NCBI GenBank assembly: GCA_001643675.2
Contig: LSRY02000043.1
Span: 558,001-622,000, forward strand
Direction: 5' to 3'
Length of the DNA stretch: 64,000 nucleotides
Origin: Monocercomonoides exilis PA203
Taxonomy: Eukaryota > Protista > Preaxostyla
The notes below the pieces were generated by a model. The model was given only the letters and a program-made list of their open reading frames with translations, was not told the DNA's origin and did not search any database. Each line of letters opens with the position of its first letter. Position 1 is the stretch's first letter. Both the position numbers and the translations under genes were made by a program. This document shows, in pieces, positions 12,000-25,008 of the stretch.

Positions 12000-14080
12000 C
12001 TGATTTCATTTTTTTAACTGCAAGAAAAAAGCCATAACAAATCTCATTTCGCTGAAACTGCTCCTTCTTCTTTCTGCTCTTTCTCTTCTTCTTCTGCTTC
12101 TTCTTCTTCTTCTTCAACCTCTTCCTCTGCTTCTTCTTGTTTTTCATCATCTTCATCAAAATCTTCTTCTTCTTCTTTTTCCTCCTCCTCCTCCTCTGAT
12201 TCTGTTGATTCAGCTTCAGCATTAGCATCAGCTTCTTCCAATTCTCAGAACTCGACCGAGAATACTTCTTCATCTCCAACGCAAACAGCACAAAATGAAT
12301 CAGATAAAACACAATCTTCCACGTCATCTTCTTCTTCTGCTGCTTCATCGTCTTCTTGCGCATCCGCTTCATCAAAATCATCATCATTTTCTTCTTCTTC
12401 TTCATCTTCCTCTTCCCTCTCCAATCCACCAGCACAGCCAGTCCAGCCATTCATTTTCCACACTTCCCAAGAGATGAAGCTGTTTATGATGAGACAGCAG
12501 CAGCTGATGTATGCAAACATGATGATGTCGAAGAAGGAAGAGGAGAAGAAGAAGGAGAAGAAGAAGAATAAGAAAGGAGGGGTGAGCGAGAAAGGAGGAA
12601 GGAATAAGAAGAAAGGAAGAAGAAGAAGAAGAAAAAGAAGAAGAAGATGATGATGATGAAGATATTGGAGTGTATGAAGAGGAGAGGGAAGAAGAAAGAC
12701 AAAGAAGCTGCAGAGATGGTGGAGAAAGTGGAGAGAGAGAAAGAAGAGGAGAAGAAAGAATTAGAATTAGAAAGAGAGAAGGAGAAGGAAGAGTGGAAAG
12801 CGGAAGAAGAGAGGCCGAAGGAGGAGATGAGGAATATGAGTGAGCAATTTGAGAATGAAAAGAAGAATTTGGCAGAAGAACATGCAGCAGAAGTGGAGGC
12901 GATGAAGCAGGCGATGAATGGCATAGCGAAGGAGAACCAGAGAGAGATGGAAAAGAAAGAGGAAGAGTGGAAGATAATAGCCAGAGAAAAAGAAGAATTG
13001 CGGGAAGCGGAGAAATGAGAGCTTTCGGAGAAATTGAGAGTGTTAAAGGAAGAATTGGAGAAGGAGAAATCAGAAAAGGAGCTATTGAATGAGGCAGCAA
13101 AAGCAGTGAAGCTGAATGAAGAAGCACTTCCTGAGACTCTTAAAGAGCATTACTCAAAAGATTTGACATTGGAACAAGAACAGACAAAAGAAGCAGAAAA
13201 AAGAAAGAGAAAGAAAAGGAGAAGGAGAAGGAGAAAAAGAAAGAAGATGAAAAAAGAGCAGATAATGTTGCAAATTTTCTCACTTCATCTTCTCCTCTTT
13301 CCCTTCCCAATGAAAACAATGAAATTGATAATCTTTTTGCCTCTCTACCAAAAGATGTGCTGAAGACAAAAGAGACAGAAGAGAAAACCAGCTCAGATAA
13401 AGATGAGGGAGAAGACTTGTTTGTGTCTGAGAATCAGAAACGAACTTAAATTAAACCAGCAACTTCATCATCATCATCATCAGAATTAACATCACCAATA
13501 GATACTTCTGTTTCTTCTTCTGTTGAAACAGCTGCTTCTGCTTCTAACTCTGAAATTGCTCTTTCTGGATTGAATTCTTCGCTTTATCATCTTCTTCATC
13601 TTCTTCATCTCTTATTCCACCTCGCTTCGCTGCCCGCTTAACTCTTCTGGATCCCTTGCTCTCAGATACAACGGACCAGTCACTCTCCGAATTCACAAAT
13701 ATTACCGCAATCGCGTCTGACTTGAAATCTCAGTCAAACAACGAATTTTTGCGGAGTAATTATCAGCAAGCAGAGAATCTGTAAAACTCTTCACTGAAAT
13801 ATAGTCTTGCACATAAGCTGCTTCGTGTGGCTGAGTAGGGGAATCTGACTGAATGCATAAAGAATCAGAAGAGCTGGAGGAGGAGTGTGACTTATGCTAC
13901 GAGGGACATGTATTTTCAGAATGGGATTATAGAAGCAGAGCTGTGGAGGGATGCAGGTTACGAGAGGATGGGGAAGGAGAGGAGGAGGAAAGTGAAAGAG
14001 AGAAAGAAAAAGAAAGGGTTTTGCAGCAAATGCTCCTGGCTGAGATGAAGAAGCTGGAGAAAAAAAAGAGAGTGTGATTT
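12000..14080. pseudogene. Degenerate Glu/Lys-rich low-complexity/coiled-coil gene remnants on both strands
   Basis: Acidic ORFs 12044-12520 (-) and E/K-rich ORFs 12647-13363 and 13853-14077 (+), separated by stops. Confidence 0.4.
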
Positions 14081-14668
14081 TGATGGAAAGAAAGTGAGTG
14101 TTTGTGTGGCGCTTTATATTCTTCTCCTGTTTCTAATAACAAAGTCAAGAAACATCCATTGTATTCATTTTTTTTTTTGATTGCGGTCTTCGACAAACTC
14201 ATCACAATCAACGCCTGCTTCATGGTGATTGTGTGGAAGGAAGAAGCAGGGAAGATGGCTTCCTGCTCCACTCTTCCGCACTTCGACTCTCCACTCTGCG
14301 CTTGTTTTGATCAGAGCAAGTGAAGACTCATCAGCAGTCCATACGACGGTATTGCGATTATCGATAACAAAACCAAAGAGGTTGTCAAAAAAGTTGTCAG
14401 TACTCTGTTTCTCACAGTGCCAAAAGTGCAGTCCAAGGCTAACGAGTTCATTTCGTATGAACTATCATATGACCTATCAACTCAACATGCTTTTGCTTCA
14501 TCTGACTGTTTATACAACAAAGGGTATTCTGATAATGTTTGATTTTGTTAAGCTCAATCTCAATCTCTCTTTCATTTACACTTTTTGGTTCATACCTCTT
14601 TTGCTTTATTCTTTGACTTCAATGAATTTATTTTCTTTTTTTCAATTTTCTGAACCATAAGAAAAAAT

Positions 14669-15011
14669 ATGAACATAAATAAAACTGAACATTCATATTT
14701 TGCTAAGCCGCGTTCAACAAAAAGTTGGCAAGAAAGCTTGATACTAAATAGAATTAAGCATTTAGATCCTGACGATCCCGAGGGGTGCTTGATGCACTTT
14801 CTTTTCAACTTCAAAAATGGAAAACCCTTTCGGGAAGCCATCGAAACCATTTTCCAGAGTTTGTTATTATTTCATAATTTTATTGTTTTATTTGTCATTC
14901 ACTTATTTCAAATATTAATTGATTTCTAACAATTTTTTATTTCTAACAGAGAAAATTGAAAAAATTGAAAACAATCTATCGAAATATTATAAAGTCACTT
15001 CAAAAAAAGAT
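14669..15011 (+). pseudogene. 5' part of the Sola-like transposase gene, separated from the rest by element B
   Basis: Coding-like sequence (...IYRNIIKSLQK) runs up to the TSD and resumes at 19039 (DRVNLLSFLSSVLTMKELSSFGFAVSRGEYYYSR), with an apparent 1-nt slip in the A-run. Confidence 0.55.
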
Positions 15012-18000
15012 GGCATAGGTTCAAATGCGTTCCTTTTGCAATTTCCCTTTTTAAACGCTCAATTCATAACGAAAAATTAGATAATAATTATTAAAAAACT
15101 TTTTATGGACCGATTTTTCGAAAAAATTTTTCTTGTTGAAAAAAATAATTTTTGAAAAATGACCCATAAAAACATGAATTTCATTAAAAAAATATTCATA
15201 TTTCATAGATAATGGAATTTTCACACATCAAAAGTGTTTGCATGATTATATAGACTTATTTTATTTGTTAATTTTCATTAGAAAAAATATAAATCACGAA
15301 CAAAAAAATTAATTAAATATCTTTGATCTAACCCACAATAAATTTATTTATTATATGAAAAGTTAAATATGCTGTTTGAGCAGAAATCGAACTCAAAAGT
15401 TTGTGATTCGCTCACTTTTATATGTTAATATAAGTATATAATGATATGCGCACTAGTTTTATATTGAAAACTGATTTTATTATAAGTGACACAAACGCAT
15501 GCATTTTTACTTCCATGTTGTTAAGCTGAAAGATTAAAATTTCAATATTGGTTGCAATGGAACACAAAAGGTGTTATATGATTCATTCTGTCAACAAAAT
15601 ATTCATTTTTTTTTTTTCAAATATTTTCTATTCCTTTGATATGTCAATGAATTTTTATATTAGTCTCGATCAAAACATGCTTTTATGAATAAATCTTGCA
15701 AAAATTAACAATAATCACACAAAACAATTCACTATTGTATTATATAAACAATGAACTTTATAAAAGTTTGTTTTTTCTTTATAAAAAAGAATTGTTTGAA
15801 TGAGATTTATTTAACTCTAACAGTGAATTTGATGTTGTGATATGTAAAAGCGAGGAAGATCCATGCTTCACAATGTGGAAAGGGATGGAAAACATAAAAG
15901 GCGAAGAAGGAAATATAACAATTCAGATTGAAGGATCCACAGTTATTCAAGATTCATTCAACTAGTCCAATTATCAGATCAAAAAGTCACCTTTGATGGG
16001 AGAATAGAATTTGAAAGCAATATTGAATTTTGAAAAGGCAATTGGAAGTCAACTGGAATATTTCATGGAAAATGATATTCATCTTGAATTGTTCAACATC
16101 CAACTTCATCTGACATCGGGATTTGACAACTCAGCCAAAACAATTATTTCAAACAAAGGAGGAGAATTGGTGATACGCGAATGTTCATTCCATTCAGAAG
16201 CAGTAGTTAACAAAAGATTTGATTGTGTATTTGTGGATGTGATTGGAGGAAGTGTGGATGTGAAAGATGAAGGATCATTCACTCAAGAATGGCTTGTTGG
16301 ATGTTCGAGTTCATTGACAATGAGCCGACTTTCATTTGTTGTGAAAGGTCAGTTGAAAACGAGGAGAAATTCATTCATTCATTCAACATCAACAATCAAC
16401 ATGACGAACTGTTCAGTCTCATTTGAGAGTGGGGAATTGATCGATGGAATGATAGGATACAGCATCATTAAGATGACAGGAGGAAATCTGATTGCTGATG
16501 GATTTGTGATGAAAGAGTGTGTGCTGACGAAGTGTGTGAGAGAGAGAAGCACAGAACGCGGAGGGATGAAGATGTTGATGAAGAGAGGAGATACGGATGT
16601 GAAAGGGAGTGGGTGTTTGTTTGGGATGTGTGTGTGCTCAACAGGGAATGGAAGGGGAAAATGGATGATGATTGATGCACTTGATTTGAATGGTGAATGC
16701 TCCAACACGAAAATGCCAGCACTTGGGCTGAGATTGGAGAACATCCGATTCATGATGAATGATGCGTTTGTGGGGAAGGATGTGTTCATCAAGTGCCACT
16801 CGATTGGGAAACAGGTCAATAAAACGCTGTTTGAACTGAACTTCAGCCAGGAGGCACTGAAGGGGGAGAACTCGATGTGTGGGAGCGATGGAGAAGGGAA
16901 AGTTGATGTTGATCTGATGCTGCTGATTACGTTCAATTATTCTTCATAGGTGTATGTGTGTGTGAATGGGAGTGGCAACAGGCAGTGTGGAGCACATAAC
17001 GGTCCGTGTGAGAGCATTGGAAATGCTGTGCAACACATTCAAAAAAGTGTTGTGAATATGATTCTGATTGATGGGGAAGGGATGATGGGAGAGGGATGCG
17101 TGATTGGGGATGTGAGGATGGTGTCGATGCGGAGGGAGAAGGCGACAGTGCATTTTGAGGGGAAGATGGAGGAAAGAGGAGAGAAGAGGAGAGGAGCATG
17201 ATGGTGTTTGTGAATAAGAGTGTGGCGGAGAGGTGTTTGTTTGTGTTAGGAGAGGCATTTGAAGGGGTTGAAGAGAGTGTTTTGAAAGAGAAGGATGAGA
17301 GATTGGAGATTTCAGAATGCTTTTTCAACTCAACAGCAATGGATCTTGTGATGAAAAGCATGATTCTTCATGTCGAGAGTGGAGAGTTGAAGATGAGCGA
17401 AACGTTGTTCAGTGGAATTCATTCAGCTGTGCCACTTCTGTCATTCTGTGGAGAATCGGGTGCATCAATTGTTGAAACCCGAATGTTGAATATCGAGTGT
17501 GAGGGGGAAGTTGTGAGAGTTGGGGGAAAAGCGAAGACAGAGATGAAGGAAGTGAAGTTTGAGAATATCTAAGTAGCTTCTGAATGAAGCGTGTTGAAGA
17601 TGGATGGAGCTGAAAGGGGGTTGAGTGTGCTGAACTGCTCTTTTGCTCAATGCAAGTGCACAAACAAGAGAGGAAAGATGATGAGGATATGTGAATGTGT
17701 GGATGTGAGAATTGGATCGAGTACGTTTGATGGAGAGGAAGGAGGTGAAAGAGAAGGAAAGCATGGGAATGAGGATAATGGAAGAGGAGAAGAGATTTGC
17801 AGATTGAACGAATTTCTTTTTGATGTTGTGAAGAGTTCTGTGATGATGAAAGATTCTTCATTGTCGAATTCACAAGAAGGTGGAATAACAATGAGCATAG
17901 AAAGAATTAGAATTATAACAGAAAACATTCAACATTATTTATTGAGACTTCTTCATTTTGCAGAAACTGCAATAAACTTATTTTTTTGTTGCAAATTCTA

Positions 18001-19030
18001 GGTTGTTATTGTTTTTAATTGTTTTGATAGAGCTGCATGTATATAAATATCTTATTCATTTTTGCTTGATGTTTTATTAACGATTTTGAGGATAAAATGA
18101 TTTTAATATTTTTGAAATAGACACGATAAGAATTATTTCAAAAGCAGTTTCACAATTTGAAATATTTATTCGCTAAACTCGCTTTTCATTGTTTGAATAA
18201 AAAACATTTCTATTTACGTTTGTAACATGTAATTATCAACGAAAATATGAAAAGAATAAAAAAATAAACTTATAAAATAAATTCACAATTATTCACAATT
18301 CAAAATAATTTAGAGACTTTAAAAGATTAATAAAACCAAATAATTTCCGGTTTCATTGCATTTAAAAAAAGAAATTCTGAATTAAAAGTTAAAAAAATGA
18401 AAGAATATGTTTGTTTTTCAAAGATTCAAATAAACTTAACATTGTTTATTCGTTAGGAGGTTTTGCTAATATTTTTTTGAACCATTGCAATCCTCTTTGA
18501 AATTTAAATTTTGTAGCCGTAAAGCTTTCAAGCTAAAAATAACATGTTTATCTGTTTGAAATAAGGAGCTGTTTTCAATATAAAACTAGTGCGCATATCA
18601 TTATATACTTATATTAACATATAAAAGTGAGCGAATCACAAACTTTTGAGTTCGATTTCTGCTCAAACAGCATATTTAACTTTTCATATAATAAATAAAT
18701 TTATTGTGGGTTAGATCAAAGATATTTAATTAATTTTTTTGTTCGTGATTTATATTTTTTCTAATGAAAATTAACAAATAAAATAAGTCTATATAATCAT
18801 GCAAACACTTTTGATGTGTGAAAATTCCATTATCTATGAAATATGAATATTTTTTTAATGAAATTCATGTTTTTATGGGTCATTTTTCAAAAATTATTTT
18901 TTTCAACAAGAAAAATTTTTTCGAAAAATCGGTCCATAAAAAGTTTTTTAATAATTATTATCTAATTTTTCGTTATGAATTGAGCGTTTAAAAAGGGAAA
19001 TTGCAAAAGGAACGCGTTTGAACCTATGCC
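15012..19030. mobile_element. Non-autonomous long-TIR DNA transposon with host-gene cargo (Merlin-like ends), element B
   Basis: 460-bp inverted repeats 15012-15471 and 18571-19030 starting GGCATAGGTTCAAA(T/C)GCG, nearly identical; exact 8-bp direct repeat AAAAAGAT at 15004-15011 and 19031-19038; no transposase inside. Confidence 0.96.
15800..17900 (+). pseudogene. Captured, degenerate fragment of a large Cys/Gly-rich repetitive (beta-helix/surface-protein-like) host gene family
   Basis: Consecutive ORFs 16011-16949, 16950-17201, 17198-17572 and 17591-17900 of similar style (CSF, GGxxxI, CGAHNGPCESI motifs), separated by single stops or frameshifts; no proper start or end. Confidence 0.75.
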
Positions 19031-19038
19031 AAAAAGAT

Positions 19039-21270
19039 CGCGTGAATCTATTATCATTTCTTTCTTCTGTTTTGACAATGAAAGAACTGTCAAGCTTTGG
19101 TTTTGCAGTATCTCGGGGAGAATATTACTATTCCAGAGATAAGGCCAAAGTCGAAATGGATGGCTCAAGTCCAGAAGCAAACAATGGTTTCGATGAATCA
19201 GGTATTCTATTTATATTATTTCTTTCGTTGAATGATTCATTCACATTTTCATGTTATATGTTATAAGCTGAGAAAGATTACAGCCAAGTTGAAAACTGGC
19301 TTAGTCACCACAGTTTCTGTAGCTGCGAAAATGGAAGAAGAGTGAAAAAAAGTTGGAAAAATTGAAATATTTCGTTTATTTTTGAATGAATTTTTTGCTT
19401 TTTTGATGATATGAATATAATTTTTATGATTTTTGTTGCAAGTTCATATAGTTCCTCATCTTCATGTAAGGATCAATCATCAAAAAGTCATCAGGATTAC
19501 GAGAAAAAGAATCATGCATCTTCTTTTTCCACATGTCTCAATGATTTGACCGAAACGTTGAATCGAGCAATTTATAACGAAAATAAAAAAAGAAAAGATA
19601 ATAATGTTGATTGTGAACTGAAAAACAATAGAAAAAGAAACTTAAAAAAAAAAGGAAAATGATAATAACAAAAAGATAAAAGAAAATACAATAAATGCTC
19701 CATCGATTATTCATTCTTCGACTAGTGGAGAACATGAATATCAAGAGAGCGACAATTCACTTTATGAAAAGGATTGTGAAAGAGAAATTGAAAGAAAAGA
19801 TAAAGAAAAGGAAAAAAAAAATGATGATAAAAAAGAACTTGGAGATGATAAGAAAAAGAAAAAGAAAAATCGTGTATTTTTTCCAAATGAAAAGAGAATA
19901 ATTGTAAAAACTAAAAAGCAATTATTCAATGAAATGAAGAATGATATCGAAATTAAAATGGCTTATTCCACGTTTTGTAAAAAAACGAAGAATTTCAAAA
20001 AAGCAAAAAGGAGGACTGATTTGTGTGATGTGTGCGAGAGAGGAAATTTTTTGGAGAAGAAAGAAATAGAATTGAAAAAGAAAAACTTGTCTTTGAGTTT
20101 TGAAGAAATAGAAGAAAAGGAATTAATTGAAAAACATAAAAAAATGGCTCATTGCCTTAGAAATTTTTTTTTGTTATTTATCAAGAAATTGCATGAAAAA
20201 TAATGAAGTTTCAATAATTATGGACTTCAAAGAAAAATGGGCATTGCCCATAATGATGAATGAAACTGGTCGTAGCTTTTGCAACAAAAAGCAAATTATT
20301 CAATTGTGTTTTACTGTTTTTAAAGTTAATAAATTTAACATTTTGGAAAAACATTGTTTTACTTTTTTTTCAGAAATTTTATCTCATGATTTTTGTTTTG
20401 TTTGTGAATGCATAACTCAATTATTAAAATTTGATTTATTTGAAAATGTTAATTTTTTTCACTTTTATTGTGATAATGGCCCTCATATTAGGAACTCTAA
20501 TTACCTTCATTTTTTATTTTCAAATTCTTCTCCTTTTTTTTGTAATAAAAAATGTTCTTTATCTTTTTTTACTAAACATCATGGAAAAAATGATTGCGAC
20601 AGCGAATTTAATCATTTGACTAATTTATTAAATAATAATTTAAATAATACTGTTTTAAATACTTTAGAACATTTAATTTCTTTTTTTGCTCTTTAAATAA
20701 TTCCAATAAATTGTTAAATAAAAATTCCAATATTTTTCTCTCCAATTTTTCTTCTTTAAATAATGATTTTTTTCAATATTTAGTAATTAATAACGATTCG
20801 GCTGGAATGGAATTGGCAACTTTGCAAATGAACAAAGAGAGCGAAAGTATTTTTAATCCAAAACATTACTTTTAAAAGTGTGATGTTTTCTTTACAATTT
20901 TTTTTTAAATAATTTTTTTTATCATAATTTTTTTTTTAGACACGAAACATTATCAGAAACAAATTTGGACCAGCTGGTAATATTTGGTATGAAAAAATAT
21001 ATATTTTTTGAAAAAAAAGAAAGAGAATTATTTGCTTCTCCGATAAGCTCAGAAAAATTTGAATTTTAGAAAAAAATTAAATACTCGGAAAAATTAATAA
21101 AAAATAAAAAAATTAGAAAAACATTCGAAAGAAAAAATGAAAAAGACAAAGAAACAGAAGGAAATAATAAAGTTGGAAAAACAGTGAAAAAAATTTAAAA
21201 GAAAGATTATTTATGATAGATTCTGTATTTTTTAATAGATATGAGAATTTTTCTTCTTTATCAAAAAATG
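19039..21270 (+). pseudogene. Sola-like (DDD) transposase pseudogene
   Basis: Motif order AYSTF..K.FKKAKRRTDLCDVC...H (Zn-finger-like), IMDFKEK, SHD, FYCDNGPHIRN, FFTKHHGKNDCDSEF; frameshift between ORFs 19934-20203 and 20127-20696; further stops. Confidence 0.75.
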
Positions 21271-21281
21271 ATTTTTTATAT

Positions 21282-21549
21282 GGGGGAAAATACGGACTTT
21301 CAAGCTTTTTTTGCACTAGGCATTAAATATTTATTTCACTCATAACTTTATTTCGCTTTCTTTGATTTCAAAAAAATTTTGATTTTCATATCAGCAAACA
21401 AACCTAATTGATGCTTCAACAAAATGTTTTGTGTCTTTAAAAGTATTTCAAAAAATGGACCCATTTTTATTGCATTTTTAGATTTCAAAAAGTTAATGAA
21501 AAGTGCATAATTTTTCTATGAAAATGCCTGAAGTGAAATATTTTGCCCC
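21282..21549. mobile_element. 268-bp MITE (GGGG ends), TSD ATAT
   Basis: Ends GGGGGAAAATA and TATTTTGCCCC; ATAT on both flanks; diverged inverted copy at 22973-23239. Confidence 0.85.
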
Positions 21550-22013
21550 ATATAGCAAAACAGCAGATATGGAGCGACAAAAAGAAGTTATGAAAGGTAT
21601 GTCAGAAAAAGTTAATTTTCCAATTTTTGATAATTCAAATAATTCTCAAAATAACAATTCATTTATATTTCCTTTTTTAAATTCTTATTCTGATTTTTCT
21701 AATTCTTTTTTGAATGAAGAAAGTGGCGCAGGTATGACATTTAATTCAAATAATTCATTAAATATTGATATAAATAACAACAGCATGGAAATTGATTTTT
21801 AAAAATCTTAAAACAAAAAATACAAAGAAATTATTTTTTATTCTTGCTTATCTAATGATAACAAATTAAATTTGTTTGAGGACGTGACTGAATCCTTCCT
21901 GTTCTTGTTTTATTTTTAGTAAAAAAAAAGATTTGCAGGCTTTGGATCCAGATTCAGTCTCCCAGGAGAATAAAAAATAATTTCTCAATAATTCACAGAA
22001 AAATAATACATAT

Positions 22014-22266
22014 GGGTGATTATTTTTGAAATCACAACTTTTTTCGGAGTTTCGATTTTTTTATTTTCGTTTTGTCAATTTCTTGAAAATTATCATTCGA
22101 GTATTAAAAAAATTGCAATTGTTCAAAAAAGCACTCATTTGAGCTGCATTAATGTCATTTTTTTTGTAGACGGTGTAATCACTTTTAAATGTTCACTGAC
22201 AAAAATGCAAAACAAATTTTCAAGTCAAATTTTTCAACGAAAAAAATTGATTCAAAAAATGAACAC
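22014..22266. mobile_element. ~255-bp GGGTGATT-family MITE, right end decayed
   Basis: Left end GGGTGATTATTTTTGAAATC preceded by ATAT; degenerate right end GATTCAAAAAATGAACAC followed by AAAT at the expected distance. Confidence 0.6.
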
Positions 22267-22407
22267 AAATACATATTCATATTTGTATAAACAATCTTAG
22301 CGTATTCAGAAATCAATGTTTATATGAAAGGAAAACAAAATTTTAACAGAAATTATTTTGTTGAAATGGAAGATATAAAAATTATTTATTATGTGATTAA
22401 TATTTTG

Positions 22408-22475
<68 letters not shown>

Positions 22476-22972
22476 AGAAAAAAAAAAAGAATGTCTTTTT
22501 TTAAAATTCAAAATGTTTCCAAAACAGAAAATGAAACTTTTACCATTGAAAAATCATCTTTAAGAAAAAAATAATGAACCCACAATCTTTAATGACAAAG
22601 TTGCTGACAATGATTCTCTGAAAATTGTTCACAATTGAAAAGACATTTATGGAAATGCGAATGAGAAGATGTTGAAAACAATTGATACAACATCATTACC
22701 AGTTTCAACACCTCTTCTTTCTTCTCCTCGATATTTTTCTGAAACGCCAAGCCGTTTCAGTCGTGGATTGAGAACGTTTGGAGAAAATGTTTTCAATCCA
22801 TACATTCAACGTGGAATTTTTTCTTCAAGAGAAACGGACAAATCTCATCGGTGGTCGTTTGTTATGTATATTTTGTTCTGTCAAGCATATCATTTTGAAC
22901 CATTACCGCTTGACCCAAATGCAATGTATGGATTTGTGAAACTTCTTGAGATTGCGTTTGATTATTCATTTT

Positions 22973-23239
22973 GGGCAAAACATTTTGTTTCAGGCATTTT
23001 CATCGAAAAATTATTCACTTTTCATGAAATTTATGAAATCAAAAAACACAACAAAAATGGGTCCATTTATTGACATTCGTGAAATGTTGGAAAACTTTAT
23101 GATTCGATTTCAATGATGCCTGTTAACGGGAATGAAAATCAAATTTTTTCTGAAATCTGATAAAGTGAAATAAAGTTATTAGCGAAGTTATTTTTCAATG
23201 CATTATGCAAAAAATGCTTGAAAGTCCGTATTAATCCCC
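22973..23239. mobile_element. 267-bp MITE, inverted diverged copy of 21282-21549, inside the recombinase gene
   Basis: Reverse complement aligns along its length (AATACGGACTTTCAAGC, ATGGACCCATTTTT, ATGAAAATGCCTGAA); TTTT on both flanks. Confidence 0.8.
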
Positions 23240-23363
23240 TTTTTAAAAATTTTTCTTTTTTTACAAATTAACGAATGCATTCATGTGAAAAAACTGAAAT
23301 GGAAATATATTCTTATCAAGGCTTTTTCCTCCATTTCAATAAAATTTCTTTGAGTGAAAAGAT

Positions 23364-23603
23364 GTCAAAATTTTTTTGAAAAGTTCCTTTTGTTTAATTT
23401 TCAAATAAAGAAAAATTTTCATATACCGATCAAATTTCTGTTCCCACTCACGAAACTACTCAATAACAAAAATAATAACATTGCCAAGATCTTATATTCA
23501 TGACAGAGAAATTTGGTGAGTGTGAAAAGAAATTTGATCGAAATATAAATTTTTTTCTTTATTTGAAAATTAAACAAAAGGAACTTTTCAAAAAAATTTT
23601 GAC
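23364..23603. mobile_element. 240-bp fold-back MITE (GTC ends), TSD AGAT
   Basis: ~90-bp imperfect inverted arms beginning GTCAAAATTTTTTTGAAAAGTTCCTTTTGTTTAATTTTCAAATAAAG; AGAT on both flanks. Confidence 0.92.
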
Positions 23604-25008
23604 AGATATTTGTATATAAAAATATTTTTTCATGAATTTTGAACTATTATTGTGAATTTATTTTTTTCGAAAAATAAATAAATAAATACACTTGACTGTT
23701 CTTAAAGTTGGAAATCATAAGGTACTTCAGGATGTGAAGTCCAATCCTTTGAAGTCAGATGCTTGGATATGAAAAAACGCATGCGTCCAGACGTGTCTTC
23801 GATCATTAAGGAAGCTTATGGAGCGTTAAATACGGACTGTTCATCCTCTTGTTGCTAAGGGCTTCATTCTTTTTTGCGGAAAAGTATGTTTCAACTTATT
23901 GACTAGCATTATGCATGTCATCACTCCTTCAATAAAAAGAATAAATAACGAAAAAATAGGAAAGAAGATAAATAACAAAACAAACGCAGAAATAAATGAG
24001 GCAATAAGAAGTTTAAAGAACGATAAAGAAGTCAATAAAAAAGGAAAAGAAAGGGAACCTGCGCTGATCACTGACGTCGCTCGCATTGTTCATAAACTCC
24101 CCGATGATCTGGATTCTAAATATTTGGAAGCTTCACTTTATCTAGTGGGCGTTCAAACTGGAGCAAGGGCAATTACGTTATCAAGCCTAAAAATGTGTGA
24201 CATTAAAAGAGTTATACAATCGAAAGAAACAAACAAACTTCTTGTTACCTTTTGCTACAACCGGACAAAAGGTTCTTCGCATTGGGATCATCATGAACTA
24301 TTGAAGTATAGAAGGAGAGTTGCAATGAAAACAATGCAGCATTTTTTCTTTCGATGCACTTGAATTAAAGCGTTTGTGTATGTTTGAGTGAGTGGATGTT
24401 GAAGAAAGAGGAAGTTGAAAATGAAATTCCTGTTTTGTGAATCTTTACAGATGTAATGAGAGAGAGGTTCAAAATGAAGGCCGAAAATGCAGGATTCTAT
24501 CGGAATCTTTTCTGCTTCCACTCTATACGAAGTGGATTCAGATGCCCCGCCCTCAATAAGAGTGGAAAGAATGATGATTCGAAGAAGGCTGTGCTTGAGA
24601 AGACAGCAACGATGTTTGTTGTTACCTGATAAACTACAAACAAACGAATCAAGATAAAAATAAAAAAAATAAAAATTGTAGAATAAAAAATACAGGATAC
24701 AATTAAATGAAATTTAAACTATTATATTGGGTGTTGATTTTTGAAATGAAAAAAGTCTTTTAAAGTTTGATTTTTTATAAATGTTAAATACTTAACAATT
24801 TATCAATAAGCTAATGCAATAGATGAACTGAAAACAAAGAAATCAGGAATGGGATTGTTTTTTTTTTTTATTATTTATATTCATTAATTTGGAAACAACA
24901 AAAATTTTGTTATTCAAAAATTTTATCGAAATAAAATCTCTTTTTTTTTTAAAATTACATACTCGGTTTTTCATAGCGGTTCGATAATAAACAGTCACAA
25001 AAAAATAT

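Larger units (their letters stand above)
22669..24630 (+). pseudogene. Tyrosine recombinase (phage-integrase fold) pseudogene interrupted by MITEs
   Basis: Box I LVGVQTGARAITLSSLKMCDI (24157 region), catalytic-Lys strand RTKG, and box II FHSIRSG at ~24519-24536 in a shifted frame; N-terminal YILFCQAYHFEPLPLDP core-binding-like segment; stops, frameshifts, and no visible catalytic Tyr segment. Confidence 0.85.

Noticed and set aside
22410-22473. Long poly-A runs (also 29167-29228 and 37935-37980) as retroposon tails or poly-Lys ORFs
   Set aside because: No convincing TSDs or retroelement body; one run lies inside a MITE arm's A-tract. Slippage or assembly homopolymer error is more likely.
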